From Candidatus Liptonbacteria bacterium (GTDB lineage: Bacteria > Patescibacteriota > Minisyncoccia > UBA6257 > 2-01-FULL-56-20), in contig JACQKW010000003.1 of assembly GCA_016204385.1 (NCBI GenBank), positions 1-32,584 of the forward strand: DNA of 32,584 bases, given 5' to 3'. This document shows, in pieces, positions 1 to 7,553 of this stretch. The position numbers were made by a program, and so were the translations under genes. Each line of letters begins with the position of its first letter. Position 1 is the stretch's first letter. The notes beneath the pieces are model-generated. The model was given only the letters and a program-made list of their open reading frames with translations. It was not told the DNA's origin and made no database searches.

Positions 1-1
1 C

Positions 2-87
2 GTCCTTCGACTTCGCTCAGGACTTTTTCCGACACGGAGGGAACCCGGTGGCTTTCCCTCCGACCCACCCTTCGGTTCGAATCCCTG
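2..87 (+). repeat. GACAC-hairpin-GACCC element copy E0 with antisense copy of the tRNA-Gln T-arm (left end may lie outside window)
   Basis: TTCCGACAC-[GGAGGGAA..TTCCCTCC]-GACCC at 27-66 aligns with the element at 10207-10246(-); GGTTCGAATCCCTG (74-87) is the exact reverse complement of 151-164. Confidence 0.7.
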
Positions 88-100
88 TCGATAACTTAGA

Positions 101-138
101 TACTGAAACGCCTGCCAAAATTGGCAGGCGTTTTAGTA
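101..138 (-). terminator. Hairpin downstream of tRNA-Gln, probable intrinsic terminator
   Basis: TACTGAAACGCCTGCCA-AAAT-TGGCAGGCGTTTTAGTA near-perfect 17-bp inverted repeat directly 3' of the tRNA. Confidence 0.65.
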
Positions 139-142
139 TTAG

Positions 143-213
143 CTGCCGGGCAGGGATTCGAACCCCGATAAATACCTTCAAAGGGTACTGTCCTACCATT
201 AGACGACCCGGCA
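143..213 (-). tRNA. tRNA-Gln(TTG)
   Basis: Minus strand folds as a cloverleaf: acceptor TGCCGGG/CCCGGCA, D-loop AATGGT, anticodon arm GTACC-CTTTGAA-GGTAT, T-loop TTCGAAT, discriminator G; CCA not encoded. Confidence 0.95.
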
Positions 214-266
214 ATTTTTTCCCTCCTATGCTATAATGAATCCCGTTCCCCATTCTACGGGAAAAT

Positions 267-752
267 ATGAGAAAAAACAACAAAACGTTCGTCATCATCT
301 TCGTAATCGTGGCGGCGGGCATAGTGCTCTTGGGATACCGCAGTTTCGTTCCCTCGGGCGGCGCGGGCACCGTGCCCTGCAACAATCCTGCGATACCAGA
401 TTCTCCAAATCTCCATTTGCATCCCCAGCTCACCATTATCATAAACGGTGAGCAGGTGCGCATTCCGGCTAATCTCGGCATAGAGTTTGCGGGATGCCAC
501 CGCGTGCTCCACACGCACGACGAGACAGGAGTAATTCATATCGAGCCGGACTTTGCCGGGGATTTTACGCTCGGACAATTCTTCGATCTCTGGGGAAAGC
601 CGTTTTCGGAAACACAGATTCTCGACCGCGTGGCTGACGAGAAACATGAAATCATACTGACGGTGAACGGCGAGCCGAGCACGGAATATGAAAACCTACT
701 CCTCAAAGACAAACAAAATGTTGTGATTGAATACCGTGGCACCAGCGAATAA
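267..752 (+). CDS. Membrane-anchored conserved hypothetical protein with His-rich putative metal site
   Basis: N-terminal TM helix; HLHPQL...IPANLGI...C..LHTHDETGVIHIE motif; TGCTATAAT upstream at 229-237. Confidence 0.8.
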   Translation: MRKNNKTFVIIFVIVAAGIVLLGYRSFVPSGGAGTVPCNNPAIPDSPNLHLHPQLTIIINGEQVRIPANLGIEFAGCHRVLHTHDETGVIHIEPDFAGDFTLGQFFDLWGKPFSETQILDRVADEKHEIILTVNGEPSTEYENLLLKDKQNVVIEYRGTSE

Positions 753-771
753 CGAGTTGTATATTTGCATT

Positions 772-806
772 ATTCGTATCATTAGTACCATTCGTATATT
801 AGTATC
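772..806. repeat. ATTCGTA/ATTAGTA 8-9-nt periodic repeat (half array)
   Basis: ATTCGTATC ATTAGTACC ATTCGTAT ATTAGTATC; related to arrays at 6088-6165 and 29522-29600. Confidence 0.6.
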
Positions 807-812
807 GATACC

Positions 813-1301
813 ATGAAGCTCATCGGTTTTCTCTCGAAAATCCTTCCCACGGTCACCGCCGAGGCCCATTGCGACATCCCGTGCGGCATCTACGACCCTA
901 CTCCCGCGAAAATCGCCGCAAAAACCGTGCAGAAAATGGTGATGCAGCTCGGCGAGCTCAAAGTTCCCGAGGAAATGGATACGCACACCTTGAACGCGTA
1001 TCACAATGCGGTCATGCGCCGCGTTGCCGTAAAAGAAGCGCACGCGGAAACCTGCAAGCGGGAGCTCTCCATTCTTTGGTCTGATTTTTTCAAGCCGGAA
1101 CACGTGAAAAAATTTCCTGCCCTCCACGAAACGTTCTGGAACGCGTTAAAGCTTTGTTCAAAAAATAAACAAGAGGTAAACGACGTGCTCGCGAAAGAGC
1201 TGGTGTCGGCGGTGGACGACATTGCAAAAATATTTTACGACGCAAAAGGTGATCCGAAACGCTATGATGCCTACAAGGAAATCACCGACAAGCTTTTTTA
1301 A
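813..1301 (+). CDS. sodN: Nickel superoxide dismutase precursor
   Basis: 18-aa propeptide followed by the Ni-hook HCDIPCGIYDP; downstream LWSDFFKPEH segment. Confidence 0.95.
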   Translation: MKLIGFLSKILPTVTAEAHCDIPCGIYDPTPAKIAAKTVQKMVMQLGELKVPEEMDTHTLNAYHNAVMRRVAVKEAHAETCKRELSILWSDFFKPEHVKKFPALHETFWNALKLCSKNKQEVNDVLAKELVSAVDDIAKIFYDAKGDPKRYDAYKEITDKLF

Positions 1302-1575
1302 GCGCCTTCTCTTTGTCGTTCGGGTGGAAGGGGAAAGCGCGTGGCCGGAACTCATCCCCGGGAAGCATTATCTCGCCACAAATCTCCGGAACCCTAAGGT
1401 AGGGGATTTTGTTGTGTTCAGAAATCCGCTTCGCGAAGCGCAAATACTCGTCAAAAAGATAGAAGCAAAAGAAAAGAGGGGCTATCGCGTGAAAGGAATG
1501 CTCCCGTGGGCGACGTCCTCAAAAGAGCTTGGAGTGATACCCGCATCGCACGCGCTCGGAACAATTGTTCGTTAA
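1264..1575 (+). CDS. sodX: NiSOD maturation protease (peptidase S26-like)
   Basis: VRVEGES..P (catalytic Ser region), VGDFVVF, LVKKI (Lys); immediately after and overlapping sodN; start uncertain. Confidence 0.8.
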   Translation: MMPTRKSPTSFFKRLLFVVRVEGESAWPELIPGKHYLATNLRNPKVGDFVVFRNPLREAQILVKKIEAKEKRGYRVKGMLPWATSSKELGVIPASHALGTIVR

Positions 1576-1643
1576 TTCCCCTACCAATCGTTCTATCGGC
1601 TAATTCGTACGAATAAGAGAATGGTTGTCGTAATGACAAAACA

Positions 1644-2615
1644 CTACGAGAGCGTCTGGGACGTCTTGCCTTCCACCTGAATCTTTTTGAGTAGGAGTTT
1701 TCCGTCCCGAATCTCGGCTTCCAGGAGTTTTACCCTCTTCCCACCCGCGATTTGCGATTTGCCTGCCCGACTTCGCATTGACGACCTGCCCGACTCGCTT
1801 CGCCTGCCAGAAACGACATCTTGTCCGGCTGGCGACTCGAAGCGGGTGGGAGTCAAGGCAGGCGGGCGATTTGCGAGTGCGCTTCCAAACGTCCAAACTC
1901 CCGGCTCGGGATTCAACGCCCTGATCATGCGATCGATTTTTATGGCTTTCTCCGCGTCGCCCGCCTGCGCATCTTCAATATCTTTCTCGCCCACACACGC
2001 ATCTTCCGTTGCAAACTTTTTTGTGTACGTCGCCTGCGATTCATCCTGCGGCACCGGCCGAATCTCACCCTTCACGAATTTCGGCAACGTTTGTATGAGT
2101 AAATTCCCGCCCAAAGCCGCCAATTTTTTGAGAAGCATTTCGTAATTGCTATTTGCCATTTGCGCTTTGCTCTTTGCTATAATCGCCCCGTGATCCACCT
2201 TTTCATCCATACAGTAGAGCGCGACCCCTGTTTCCTCATCGCCCGCAAGAATTGCGCTCTGAATGGGCGTCGTGCCCCGATATTTTGGCAGAAGTGAGGG
2301 GTGAACGCCGATCGTCCCAAGCCGAGGCAATTCAATGATTTCTCGGGGCAGAATCTTCGCATAAGCGGCGACCACGAAGAAGTCGCAGTTGGAAGTTAGA
2401 AGTTGGAGGTTGGAGGTTGACAAAACTTCCGGCTGGAGTACCGGAATATTATATTTTTGTGCGAGAAGTTTTGTCGGCGGGGGAGTGATGACTTTTTTTC
2501 TCCCCACCGGCCGGTCGGGGTTGCAGACCACCGTAGCGGGGGGCATCCCGGCTCCGATGAGGCGTTCCAATACAATCGCCGCAAATTCCGGCGTACCGAA
2601 GAAAACGTACTTCAT
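1644..2615 (-). CDS. fmt: Methionyl-tRNA formyltransferase carrying in-frame repeat insertions
   Basis: KYVFFGTPEFA, PDRPVGRKK, HPSLLPKYRG, RALNPEPG motifs. Confidence 0.95.
   Translation of the reverse strand: MKYVFFGTPEFAAIVLERLIGAGMPPATVVCNPDRPVGRKKVITPPPTKLLAQKYNIPVLQPEVLSTSNLQLLTSNCDFFVVAAYAKILPREIIELPRLGTIGVHPSLLPKYRGTTPIQSAILAGDEETGVALYCMDEKVDHGAIIAKSKAQMANSNYEMLLKKLAALGGNLLIQTLPKFVKGEIRPVPQDESQATYTKKFATEDACVGEKDIEDAQAGDAEKAIKIDRMIRALNPEPGVWTFGSALANRPPALTPTRFESPAGQDVVSGRRSESGRSSMRSRAGKSQIAGGKRVKLLEAEIRDGKLLLKKIQVEGKTSQTLS
1761..1868. repeat. 108-bp nested palindromic element inserted in-frame in fmt
   Basis: Ends (ATTT)GCCTGCCCG...GGCAGGCGGGCG identical to the ends of the element at 17126-17170. 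Confidence 0.75.
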
Positions 2616-2638
2616 GATTTCATACATTGCGCAATCTC

Positions 2639-2668
2639 TTGACGCTCATCGTAAGTATACGCTACACT
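2639..2668 (+). promoter_or_regulatory. Putative sigma70 promoter of orphan gene
   Basis: TTGACG-18 nt-TACACT; AAAGAGGTG SD-like site before ATG 2729. Confidence 0.5.
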
Positions 2669-2728
2669 TTTTGGTAGCAACAACTGCAATACGGTCGAGC
2701 GGACCCTAAGCGCAGAAAGAGGTGCGGT

Positions 2729-3139
2729 ATGCCAAGTTTGACGAGCAGTGTCGCGAGGTTGCACCGGGCAGGCTCGGAGCACTCGAGTGCATGGCAGAAA
2801 CTCGACGAGGCAGCGAGAAATCTCGTTCGGTGGTTGGGAGAGCACGCGCCCACAGAGGAAATTTTCCCAAGAAACTGCCAAATCAATGTCGACCACTGGG
2901 GTGACGGGATCCGGTATACACTTTTACACCACCCCGCAAACGCGGCAAGAACAACCGTAGATTTCTGGTTGAGCACTTATTGGAAAAACGAGCGCTCGCA
3001 CCTTATCAGGTTCGCCGAGCTCGTCGCCGACGGCTGGCTCGATGAGGTGAGTAAGTGGCTCGAAGAGTGGACGAAGCGCTGCAAGACCACGACAGCGAAG
3101 ATCGAGTCAACGCTCGGAGAGATGCAGAACCGCACCTAG
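2729..3139 (+). CDS. Hypothetical protein (orphan between def and fmt)
   Basis: 136-aa ORF with own promoter, SD-like site and terminator. Confidence 0.7.
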   Translation: MPSLTSSVARLHRAGSEHSSAWQKLDEAARNLVRWLGEHAPTEEIFPRNCQINVDHWGDGIRYTLLHHPANAARTTVDFWLSTYWKNERSHLIRFAELVADGWLDEVSKWLEEWTKRCKTTTAKIESTLGEMQNRT

Positions 3140-3153
3140 GGGAAGGGAAGCAG

Positions 3154-3186
3154 GTCCCGAAGAGTAATTTTACTTCGGGACTTTTC
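3154..3186 (+). terminator. Intrinsic terminator
   Basis: GTCCCGAAG..CTTCGGGAC stem followed by TTTTC. Confidence 0.65.
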
Positions 3187-3723
3187 TTATTGCCGAGTCC
3201 CTCCTATTTTTTCTTCCTGCCTCTTGAGCCGTTCCGACGTCGGCGCCTCGTGAAGATGCTTTGCCTTATCAATGAAAAGCTTGCCGTTCAAGTGATCTAT
3301 TTCGTGCTGAAACACGCGCGCGAGAAGCCCCCATGCCTTTATTTTTATCGGCCGTCCATTCTTGTCGAATCCCGCAAGCGTAATGCGCTCCGGCCGCTCC
3401 ACTTCTCCGTAGAGCCCGGGAACGCTCAAGCACCCTTCCTCGAGCGCGCTGGTTTCCTCGGAAGCCCTTACGACCTCGGGGTTGAATATCGCGTAAAACT
3501 TGAGGTGGCCGTTCTGGTCGGGAACCTGCGCCACGAATACGCGGGTCTCAAGGCCTATTTGGTTCGCGGAGAGCCCGATGCCGTTCGCATCCTGCATCGC
3601 CTGCTTCATGTCGAAAACGAGCTCGCGCACGCGCCTTGCCTCCGCCGGGAAAGGAAACGGCTTCGTCTTGTTGCGCAGGAATTTTTCCTCTTTTTTTTCG
3701 GAAACTTTCAAAATATGCGCCAT
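3187..3723 (-). CDS. def: Peptide deformylase
   Basis: GIGLSANQIG, EGCLSVPG, QHEIDHLNG motifs. Confidence 0.97.
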   Translation of the reverse strand: MAHILKVSEKKEEKFLRNKTKPFPFPAEARRVRELVFDMKQAMQDANGIGLSANQIGLETRVFVAQVPDQNGHLKFYAIFNPEVVRASEETSALEEGCLSVPGLYGEVERPERITLAGFDKNGRPIKIKAWGLLARVFQHEIDHLNGKLFIDKAKHLHEAPTSERLKRQEEKIGGTRQ

Positions 3724-3724
3724 A

Positions 3725-3976
3725 TCAGCGGCTGTGGAGTACTTTCATAAAATATGCGCCTTTTTTCTTTATTCCTTTCCGCTCGGCAACCTCTTTTGCA
3801 AGGCGCAAAAGCGCATCCGCGTTTCCCTCTTTCGCAAGCTTGATATAGAGCGCCTTGTGTGTTTCGTCTTTCAGAAGCTCCGCGATTTCGAGCCCGATAA
3901 GCTGATATTTCCTGTATACGTGCGACGCTTTGCTTCGCTTCCTAAGCTCCTTCAGATAATGATTGCCGAGTCTCAC
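3725..3976 (-). CDS. Small basic hypothetical protein
   Basis: Protein-like ORF ending 1 nt before def start; probable GTG start just downstream of TATACT. Confidence 0.7.
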   Translation of the reverse strand: MRLGNHYLKELRKRSKASHVYRKYQLIGLEIAELLKDETHKALYIKLAKEGNADALLRLAKEVAERKGIKKKGAYFMKVLHSR

Positions 3977-4058
3977 GCGTATAGTATATCTCCGGGCACG
4001 GCAACATCGCAATTTTTACCCATTGAACGCGTGCCTGTTCCTGCGTATAATTATGCAT

Positions 4059-5294
4059 ATGGTGAAAAGGCGCATTTTTTTTATTCTCTCGGGGTTGGCG
4101 GTGCTTGCACTCATCGCGTTTGCCGCGGGCGGAAGCTTTCTTTTCGGATACCGGCTCGGCAGCGAGCACCCGCAAACGCTTGTGGTAGAGGGCGTCAAAA
4201 ACATAAACCCGGAGGCCCCGCTCCAAGGGGATTTCGGCGTGTTCTGGCAGGCATGGCAGCTTATTAACGAAAAATTTCTCAACAACAAGGAGGTAAGCGA
4301 CCAGGAAAAAGTGTATGGCGCAGTCCGCGGTCTTGTGGGCGCGCTCGATGACCCCTACGCAGAGTTCTTTGACCCCGAGGACAACCAAAAGTTTCAAGAA
4401 GACATCAAGGGGCACTTTGGCGGCATCGGTGCCGAGATCGGCATCCGGGACGAACAGCTCATTATCGTCACCCCTCTCGCGGATACTCCGGCAATGCGCG
4501 CGGGGCTCCGCCCCAGCGACAAAATCGTGCGCGTGGACGGCGAATCTACGGCAGGGATCACGGTGCAGGAAGCGATAAAACGAATCCGCGGCATTCAAGG
4601 AACCAAGGTGGTGCTCGACATTCTAAGGGATGGGTGGGACAAAACCCGCGAATTCCGGATCATTCGTGCGGATATTACCGCGCCTACGCTTTCATTCGAA
4701 ATGAAAAACGATATCGGATACGTGCATCTCCAGAGCTTCAACGACAACACCGCAAGACTCCTCCGCGATGCGGTTTCCGATATGCGGAGAAACAACGCGC
4801 GCGGCATGGTGCTTGATCTTCGGAACAATCCCGGCGGATTTTTGAACGTCGCGATTGACGTGAGCGGCTGGTTCTTGAATCGCGGCACGCTCGTCGTCAA
4901 AAAGGAAGGGACGGGAGAAAACGAGCAATTCTTTGCGAACGGGAACGAGCTCCTGGCAAAATTTCCCGTGGTGATCGTCATAAACAAGGGTTCTGCTTCC
5001 GCATCCGAGATCCTCGCCGGCGCGCTCCATGACCAGCGAAACGTAAAACTCGTGGGAGAAACAAGCTTCGGGAAAGGCACGGTGCAGGAACTTGAGAATT
5101 TGAAAGACGGGTCGTCCTTGAAGGTTACCACGGCGCATTGGGTGCTTCCGAGCGGCAAAATCCTCGAGGGAGAGGGGATTCCGCCGGACGTGGAGGTTGC
5201 GCTTACCGAGGAAGACGTCAAAAACAAGAAAGATCCCCAACTTGAGAAGGCGCTCGAAATCCTCGGAGGGGAGATCGCAAAACTTGGTTCCTGA
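4059..5294 (+). CDS. ctpA: Carboxy-terminal processing protease, S41 family
   Basis: N-terminal TM, PDZ (FGGIGAEI), [29 protein letters not shown]. Confidence 0.93.
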   Translation: MVKRRIFFILSGLAVLALIAFAAGGSFLFGYRLGSEHPQTLVVEGVKNINPEAPLQGDFGVFWQAWQLINEKFLNNKEVSDQEKVYGAVRGLVGALDDPYAEFFDPEDNQKFQEDIKGHFGGIGAEIGIRDEQLIIVTPLADTPAMRAGLRPSDKIVRVDGESTAGITVQEAIKRIRGIQGTKVVLDILRDGWDKTREFRIIRADITAPTLSFEMKNDIGYVHLQSFNDNTARLLRDAVSDMRRNNARGMVLDLRNNPGGFLNVAIDVSGWFLNRGTLVVKKEGTGENEQFFANGNELLAKFPVVIVINKGSASASEILAGALHDQRNVKLVGETSFGKGTVQELENLKDGSSLKVTTAHWVLPSGKILEGEGIPPDVEVALTEEDVKNKKDPQLEKALEILGGEIAKLGS

Positions 5295-5310
5295 TTTCTC
5301 CCGGACACCG

Positions 5311-5778
5311 ATGCGCGTGATCCTGCTCCGTGACGTAAAGAATTTCGGAAAAAAGTTCGACGTGAAGGACGCACGCGACGGCTATGCGCGGAATTTTCTT
5401 TTCCCTCAAAACCTTGCAAAACCCGCGACTCCCGCCTCACTCAAGGAACTTGAAGCGATGAGGAAAATCGAGGAAAGAGAGGATGAGGAAACAAAAAGCC
5501 GATTGCGCCGCATTGCGGATACCCTCCGTGGCCGCTCAATTACGTTTGAAATCAGCGCGAACGAAAACGGGGAGGCCTATGGCTCTGTGACGAAAACAAT
5601 GATCCTCCGCGCGCTCCGCGAGCACGCTCTCACCACGAAGGATAGGGTGGAAGTGAAGCTCATTCATCCGCTCAAGCATGCAGGCGAACACGAAGTGGAA
5701 GTCGAATTTGAGAAGGGGATCACGGCGCGCCTCAAGATCATCCTCGAGCCGGAGAAGAATAAAAAGACCGCGGCATAA
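5311..5778 (+). CDS. rplI: 50S ribosomal protein L9
   Basis: MRVILLRDV...[14 protein letters not shown]. Confidence 0.95.
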   Translation: MRVILLRDVKNFGKKFDVKDARDGYARNFLFPQNLAKPATPASLKELEAMRKIEEREDEETKSRLRRIADTLRGRSITFEISANENGEAYGSVTKTMILRALREHALTTKDRVEVKLIHPLKHAGEHEVEVEFEKGITARLKIILEPEKNKKTAA

Positions 5779-5803
5779 GCGCGGACTTTTTCCCGAAAGA
5801 GCG

Positions 5804-6076
5804 CTATTCAACCGCAACGACGGTAGCCCGCCGCCGGGAACCGTCGAATCGCGATTTCATCTTCGAGAAAAAGCGCACAAGCCCCGGCTTTCCTGCGTAG
5901 AGCGTATCATCGCCGCCTCGGCGGACATTCTTTCCCGGCATGTACTTCGTGCCTCGCTGGCGAATGATAATCTCGCCGGCCAAAACCCTCTCGCCGTCCT
6001 GGATCTTTACGCCCAGGCGCTTCGCGCGCGAGTCCCTCCCTAATTTTGTAGAACCGCCTGACTGTGTATGTGCCAT
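5804..6076 (-). CDS. rpmA: 50S ribosomal protein L27
   Basis: [38 protein letters not shown]. Confidence 0.97.
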   Translation of the reverse strand: MAHTQSGGSTKLGRDSRAKRLGVKIQDGERVLAGEIIIRQRGTKYMPGKNVRRGGDDTLYAGKPGLVRFFSKMKSRFDGSRRRATVVAVE

Positions 6077-6087
6077 GGTACAATTAT

Positions 6088-6165
6088 GATACCAATATAC
6101 GAATTGTACTAATGATACGAATGAACATTATTTGTATCATTCGCATGCATTAGTATATTGGTATC
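6088..6165. repeat. Long imperfect hairpin built of TACGAAT/ATTCGTA-like periodic units
   Basis: GATACCAATATACGAAT...ATTAGTATATTGGTATC inverted arms between divergent rpmA and exonuclease gene. Confidence 0.7.
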
Positions 6166-6173
6166 GCATAATT

Positions 6174-6893
6174 ATGTCAATTTCTCAAAAACTCGTGCTC
6201 GACATCGAAACCGTCGGAGAGGATTTCGATTCCTTGGATAAGGCGACGCAGGAATCACTCACACGGTGGATCAAGCGCGAGTCCGCGGATGACGAAGAAT
6301 ACAAGATCGCGCTTGAGGACTTGAAGAATGGTCTCGGATTTTCGCCACTCACCGCAGAAATAGTCGCGATCGGAATGCTTGATTACCACAAAAACGAAGG
6401 CGCGGTCTACTTTCAGGCGCCCGGCGAAAAGCTCGAGGAAACCAAGGAAGAGGGGATAACCTTCAAGCCGATGGCAGAGAAAGAAATGCTCGAGAAATTC
6501 TGGGACGCGGCGAAACACTATCAGGTGTTCATCACGTTCAATGGCCGCGGTTTCGACGTGCCGTTTTTGATGATCCGTTCCGCAGTACACGGCATCCGGC
6601 CGACCAAAGACCTCCTCCGCGGCCGATACCTCTACCAGCATAACCCCGATGCGCTCCATATTGATCTTCTGGAACAGCTTACGTTCTACGGCGCGACACG
6701 GCGGAAGGGAAGTTTGCACCTCTGGACACGGTCATTCGGCATCCTAAGCCCCAAGGCAAGCGGGGTGACCGGCGACGACGTAGGGCCTTTATTCAAAAAG
6801 AAGAAATATCTCGAGATTGCGAAATACAATGTGGGCGATCTCCGCGCCACGCGGGCACTCTATGAGAAGTGGGAAACATATTTGCGGTTTTAG
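6174..6893 (+). CDS. DEDD 3'-5' exonuclease, PolB-exo/RNase H-like
   Basis: LVLDIET (ExoI), TFNGRGFDVPFL (ExoII), YNVGD (ExoIII). Confidence 0.88.
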   Translation: MSISQKLVLDIETVGEDFDSLDKATQESLTRWIKRESADDEEYKIALEDLKNGLGFSPLTAEIVAIGMLDYHKNEGAVYFQAPGEKLEETKEEGITFKPMAEKEMLEKFWDAAKHYQVFITFNGRGFDVPFLMIRSAVHGIRPTKDLLRGRYLYQHNPDALHIDLLEQLTFYGATRRKGSLHLWTRSFGILSPKASGVTGDDVGPLFKKKKYLEIAKYNVGDLRATRALYEKWETYLRF

Positions 6894-6927
6894 TTGAATA
6901 GGACTTAGTCGTTAGGACATAGTAAAA

Positions 6928-7083
6928 ATGAAAGAAAAACTTCTAAGGTATCGCAAGGAAATCATCTTCGCCATTATCATTTTCCTCGTCGCAAGCACAA
7001 GCTTCGCCTTGGGCTATCTCGCGAACCGCGAATTCAACCACGCGCCGATTATTATCGAGAAATCAAGTAGTGCTCCAGAATAA
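6928..7083 (+). CDS. Small single-TM protein (51 aa; absent from ORF track)
   Basis: MKEKLLRYRKEIIFAIIIFLVASTSFALGYLANREFNHAPIIIEKSSSAPE*, translated by hand. Confidence 0.7.
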   Translation: MKEKLLRYRKEIIFAIIIFLVASTSFALGYLANREFNHAPIIIEKSSSAPE

Positions 7084-7097
7084 AAAAGCTCGGATTG

Positions 7098-7174
7098 ACC
7101 CCGCACCAAACCAAGCGCTGCGCTCTACGTGCTTCCGCACGGAGCAGGATAAAAGCGCTCGGTGGGTGACGGGG
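7098..7174. repeat. ACCCCGCACC...GGTG(AC)GGGG palindromic element
   Basis: Terminal inverted repeats plus inner CCAAGCGCT/AGCGCTCGG arms; related ends at 12031-12055 and 16253-16406. Confidence 0.55.
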
Positions 7175-7192
7175 CGGGCGTACCTCGCAAAG

Positions 7193-7310
7193 AAAAAAGC
7201 CAGCGTTGACGTAGCTGGCCACCACACCTCAAAGGGCTGCTTGGTGCCCCGAGATCACGCCGCCGTACCCCGGCGGAAGGGATCTTTAATCGCCTCCCTT
7301 GGGAGGTGGC
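7193..7310 (-). ncRNA. Candidate structured small RNA (rod with central bubble; 6S-like?)
   Basis: Promoter upstream; CACCTC.CAAGGG/CCCTTTGAGGTG outer stem, AGATC/GATCT and CCGCCG/CGGCGG inner stem; ends in GCCAGC-GCTGGC-T6 terminator. Confidence 0.45.
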
Positions 7311-7313
7311 TTA

Positions 7314-7343
7314 ATGATATACCCGGCCAAAAAACCCTGTCAA
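7314..7343 (-). promoter_or_regulatory. Sigma70-like promoter of candidate sRNA
   Basis: TTGACA (7343-7338, overlapping copZ stop)-18 nt-TATCAT (7319-7314). Confidence 0.55.
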
Positions 7344-7546
7344 GAGGCCGTATATCCCAAATCCGCAATTGCTTTCACGATGTCTTCCTTTTTTACCTTC
7401 GCGGGATCGAATTCGAACGTTCCCTTCTTATCGTCGTAGCTTACTTCGGCTGATTTCACGCCGCCCATCTGCGACGCGAGCATCTGTATCCCCACGGCGC
7501 AGGAACCGCAATGCATTCCGTCTATCTTTAACGTAAGTTTCTCCAT
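7340..7546 (-). CDS. copZ: Copper chaperone (single HMA domain)
   Basis: IDGMHCGSC motif, C-terminal IADLGY; follows P1B ATPase. Confidence 0.9.
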   Translation of the reverse strand: MEKLTLKIDGMHCGSCAVGIQMLASQMGGVKSAEVSYDDKKGTFEFDPAKVKKEDIVKAIADLGYTAS

Positions 7547-7553
7547 AGAAATA

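Noticed and set aside
27-95. Second tRNA suggested by GGTTCGAATCCC at 74-85
   Set aside because: No acceptor, D or anticodon arms can be built; it is an inverted copy of the tRNA-Gln T-arm.
17-514. 165-aa minus-strand ORF and other ORFs over the tRNA
   Set aside because: They overlap the tRNA and a better-supported plus-strand gene, and show no motifs.
7193-7310. SRP (4.5S) RNA call because of AAGCAGC
   Set aside because: The CAGG..GGAA-tetraloop domain IV context is absent.
7070-7453. 127-aa plus-strand ORF
   Set aside because: Runs through a palindromic repeat, the candidate sRNA and antisense copZ; composition is not protein-like.
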